A stretch of 64,000 nucleotides of DNA. It comes from Podarcis cretensis. Taxonomy: Eukaryota. Each line of letters begins with the position of its first letter. The stretch's first letter is position 1. The DNA lies in assembly GCA_951804945.1 (NCBI GenBank), contig OX638155.1, forward strand, positions 43,710,001-43,774,000, given 5' to 3'. Of the stretch, positions 60,873-64,000 are shown in pieces. The notes below the pieces were generated by a model. That model saw nothing but the letters and a program-made list of their open reading frames with translations. It was not told the DNA's origin and searched no databases. A program made the translations under genes and the position numbers.

Positions 60873-62512
60873 TATTCTTAAGAGAATCTCTTCTCCAGTC
60901 TTCAGAGAATGGTTGGAAGCGGGGAAGCAGAAAAAGGTCCTTCTTTCCTTCCGCTCTGCAGACAAGCCCTACACACCCTTTCCTTCAGATAAATGTATCT
61001 TTTTTGGCACCACAACTGACACATGTTAAAGGCCTATACAACTGATGGCAGAGACACCCACCTTGAGTGTCCAGTTCGCAAACCTAAGACTTGCCATATT
61101 TTTCCATGTATAAGATGACCGCTAGATCTATTGGAAGTCTAGTGGGGAGGAATTTCTCCTCCCACACCCTCAGCGCCAGCAGTGCCAGTTTTAATCTGAA
61201 ATCTTAGGAGCAGTACTGTACCCAGAGCTCAGAAACTGCTCACTTTTATGAAATTCCCTGTTGCTAAATGTGCCTAGAACAATGGTAGTTTTGAATGCTG
61301 ATCTTAACATGTGGAAGGGCCCATGTTGGCCACCTCATCTAAGAATGATCCCACTTCCTCTCCCTTGCTGCTCCATTTAAGCCCAGAACACCCAAGTGGT
61401 GGCACCATTTTCCTTCAAGTTCCTCATCAATGATCACCTATTCCATGAAGCATCTGGCTTAACCCTTTTGCTTGTCTCCCATCCCTCGGTAAGTACCCAA
61501 ATTTAAAGTTCTTCAGGATTTATCTTGATTATATTACTTAGTAAAGAATCTCACGCATTATACATAATAATAATCTGCCAACATATTACCTCATACAAAT
61601 GGAAATTGGATAACTAAATTTATTTTTGTTGTTAGTTTGCATGTTACATAGAACAGTAACTCATATATTTAAAAGTCATACTTTCAAATAATAATACTAC
61701 TACTTGTCCAGCTTTAAATCACTTTGTAAGCAAGGAAAAGATAAGAAGAGATAATAAACAGGTACAATAAAATGTTTTCTCCTACGTGAAGTTATTTAAT
61801 TGCACTGTTCACAGACTCTTTAAAATTAAAACGATTTTTTTCAAAGGAATCTACAACATTCCTTTAAAGTCAACTTACCTTGTCTTCATTTTCAGCACAC
61901 TAAAAACCACATTAATAATTTAGAGCAGTATACCAACTGAGATAAGCAACTACAGGAAATGCAACATACTGATACTCTAGGATATGATGAACTAAGCAAA
62001 TAATATTATGTAAGCCCCAGTTAATACACACCCAGCCAAGATCAAACCCATTATACACCTAATGTTTGCAACAAATATGTCAGGCCTTACTTCAACAACC
62101 AGCTTATCATTTTAGCAGACCAACAAAAATGAAGGTTCCAAAGCAAACACAGCACAAAAAGTCGGCAGATGGATACTGCAATAAGTTGACTGACAGAAAA
62201 AGAACCCTATGCATTTTAAGTCAAAATTATAGAAATATGGTATGGTGCTTCTAGATACACAGAATTCCCCTCATGAAAGGCTACCTTTGGTCTGAGAGAG
62301 GTTGGGCTCTTGTCTGTGTCCTATGGAGATTTTTATGTTGCATTCATTAATATTATCAAGGCTTTTGTGCAACAATATAATGGTATGATGTGCTGAGCCG
62401 CATTAGACAAATTATTCTGGAATGAAGTACCACCTAAGGTAGTAGAGCATCATGAATCCTTTTATTAGCCTAGATTGACTAACATCTCACAATATGATCT
62501 AGTTGTTCATTA

Positions 62513-62856
62513 AAGGTAAAGGTAAAGGTAAAGGGACCCCTGACCATTAGGTCCAGTCGTGACCGACTCTGGGGTTGCGGCGCTCATCTCACTATATTGG
62601 CTGAGGGAGCCATCAGCTTCCGGGTCATGTGGCCAGCATGACTAAGCCACTTCTGGTGAACCAGAGCAGTGCACGGAAACGCCGTTTACCTTCCCGCCGG
62701 AGCAGTACCTATTTATCTACTTGCACTTTGACAAGCTTTCGAACTGCTAGGTTGGCAGGAGCAGGGACCGAGCAACTGGAGCTCACCCCATCATGGGGAT
62801 TCGAACCGCCAACCTTCTGATCGGCAAGTCCTAGGCTCTGTGGTTTAACCCACAGC
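62513..62856 (-). mobile_element. Sauria SINE, slightly 5'-truncated, in VAPA intron 1
   Basis: (AAAGGT)3 tail and consensus body. 11-bp TSD gttgttcatta at 62502-62512 and 62857-62867. Confidence 0.93.
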
Positions 62857-64000
62857 GTTGTTCATTACAGCTCCTTAATTATCAATGCATGACATACATG
62901 ACCCTATATAGTTCATCCAAAAGAATTTCATCCAGTAGAAATCCTAATGACATTGCATTTATTAAACTGCAGTCTGGTGGACAAATATGAGCAACCATTA
63001 TACAAAAATGAAGAGCATTAATTCCCACCTACCATTCCTTAACTATTCTAGACATTTACTACTTTCTGGTTAGAAGTTACACACAATACTGGAGTGATAT
63101 CATGCTCAACTGACTCAAATCTACTAAAGACATTTCTGACAAACTCCTCTGCTCCCCAGCTTTAAGTAGCCCAAACAATCTGCTTTAGCTGGCTTTGTAT
63201 TCAACCACTGCTGCACAGGTGGCCACAGAGCTATAACAGGCAGAATTTTTATTCCCAGTTTTATACTTCTGTTACCATACTTCATACTACAACCTCCCTA
63301 GAACTCCCTAGCAGTGTTATTAACTGTATCGTCTATACTGTTGTGCTCTATATTGATTTGCAAAGATAAAATATAAATAAAGACTTCCAACTGCTATACA
63401 GGAAGCCATAAATTTGTTACAAAATTGTTTTAGTGCTATGATCATTCCATGAGCAGAAGGGTCCTTCCATGGGCAATATGTTTGGTCTGATATAATCCAG
63501 TGCATTTTATGTGAAATGCTGGTAAGATTTAAAGAATAATTTCTGGAAATATTAGACAATCATCTTAGATTACTAAAACAGTAATTACAGAAATTAGATT
63601 CAACAATGAAATGCCATGCATCTTTACTGAGAAGTCTCAGCAATTTCAATGAGACTTCTTTCCTATTAAGAGTGCATAGTATTACAGCCTAAATATCAGT
63701 AGCTTTGTTTATGCAAGAAGGCAACCTGAAAAATTAAAGGTGAAATCAATACCCACCTGCCCAACCGCAACTTGAAGAACTGAGTAGAATTTATGTCCAA
63801 GAAAACATGCATTAAGATTGCAGAACTAAAAAGCGTTTTGTACTTAGAATGAATGAAACCAAGTTTGTTTTGGCCAGTGATGTGGGACAGAACATTTTCC
63901 AGTGCTTTATTTTTCCACTTCATAACTTAATTAACAACAATGCAAGGATATAAATGGAAAATATATTAGGCGAACTTGGCAGTTTCAATGTTTTTAGCAT

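Noticed and set aside
55386-64000. VAPA exon 1 and promoter
   Set aside because: No CpG island or MA..KHEQILVLDPP-like coding sequence found; it must lie beyond the window end. Likewise APCDD1 exon 1 was not found in 1-3065.

Overview
Eukaryotic (squamate reptile, probably a lacertid-type lizard, judged from its Sauria SINEs and LINE/MITE content) genomic window with two convergent, intron-containing genes. APCDD1 (Wnt inhibitor, + strand) has coding exons 2-5 at 3066-3249, 5937-6468, 26924-27245 and 31528-31979; exon 1 lies left of the window. VAPA (ER VAMP-associated protein A, - strand) has constitutive coding exons at 55233-55385, 53713-53816, 52286-52366, 47034-47210 and 43711-43866, plus a probable 237-240 nt cassette exon at 49498-49737; exon 1 lies right of the window. 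The rest is intronic or intergenic. It holds a full-length young L1 (15555-21516, - strand, 19-bp TSD, ORF2 broken by two small lesions), five Sauria SINEs, L2 and CR1 fragments and several Tc1/mariner- and hAT-type MITEs. One MITE (1679-2709) is packed with a tandem array of near-perfect GC-rich palindromes. Most notable: the tail-to-tail APCDD1/VAPA arrangement (differs from human as I recall it), the enlarged VAPA alternative exon with a triple NAG acceptor, the palindrome-array MITE that creates a splice donor upstream of APCDD1 exon 2, and a SINE with a ~60-bp target duplication containing a 36-bp transposon remnant. No CRISPR, rRNA or tRNA genes. Comparisons with human sequences are from memory and need database confirmation.
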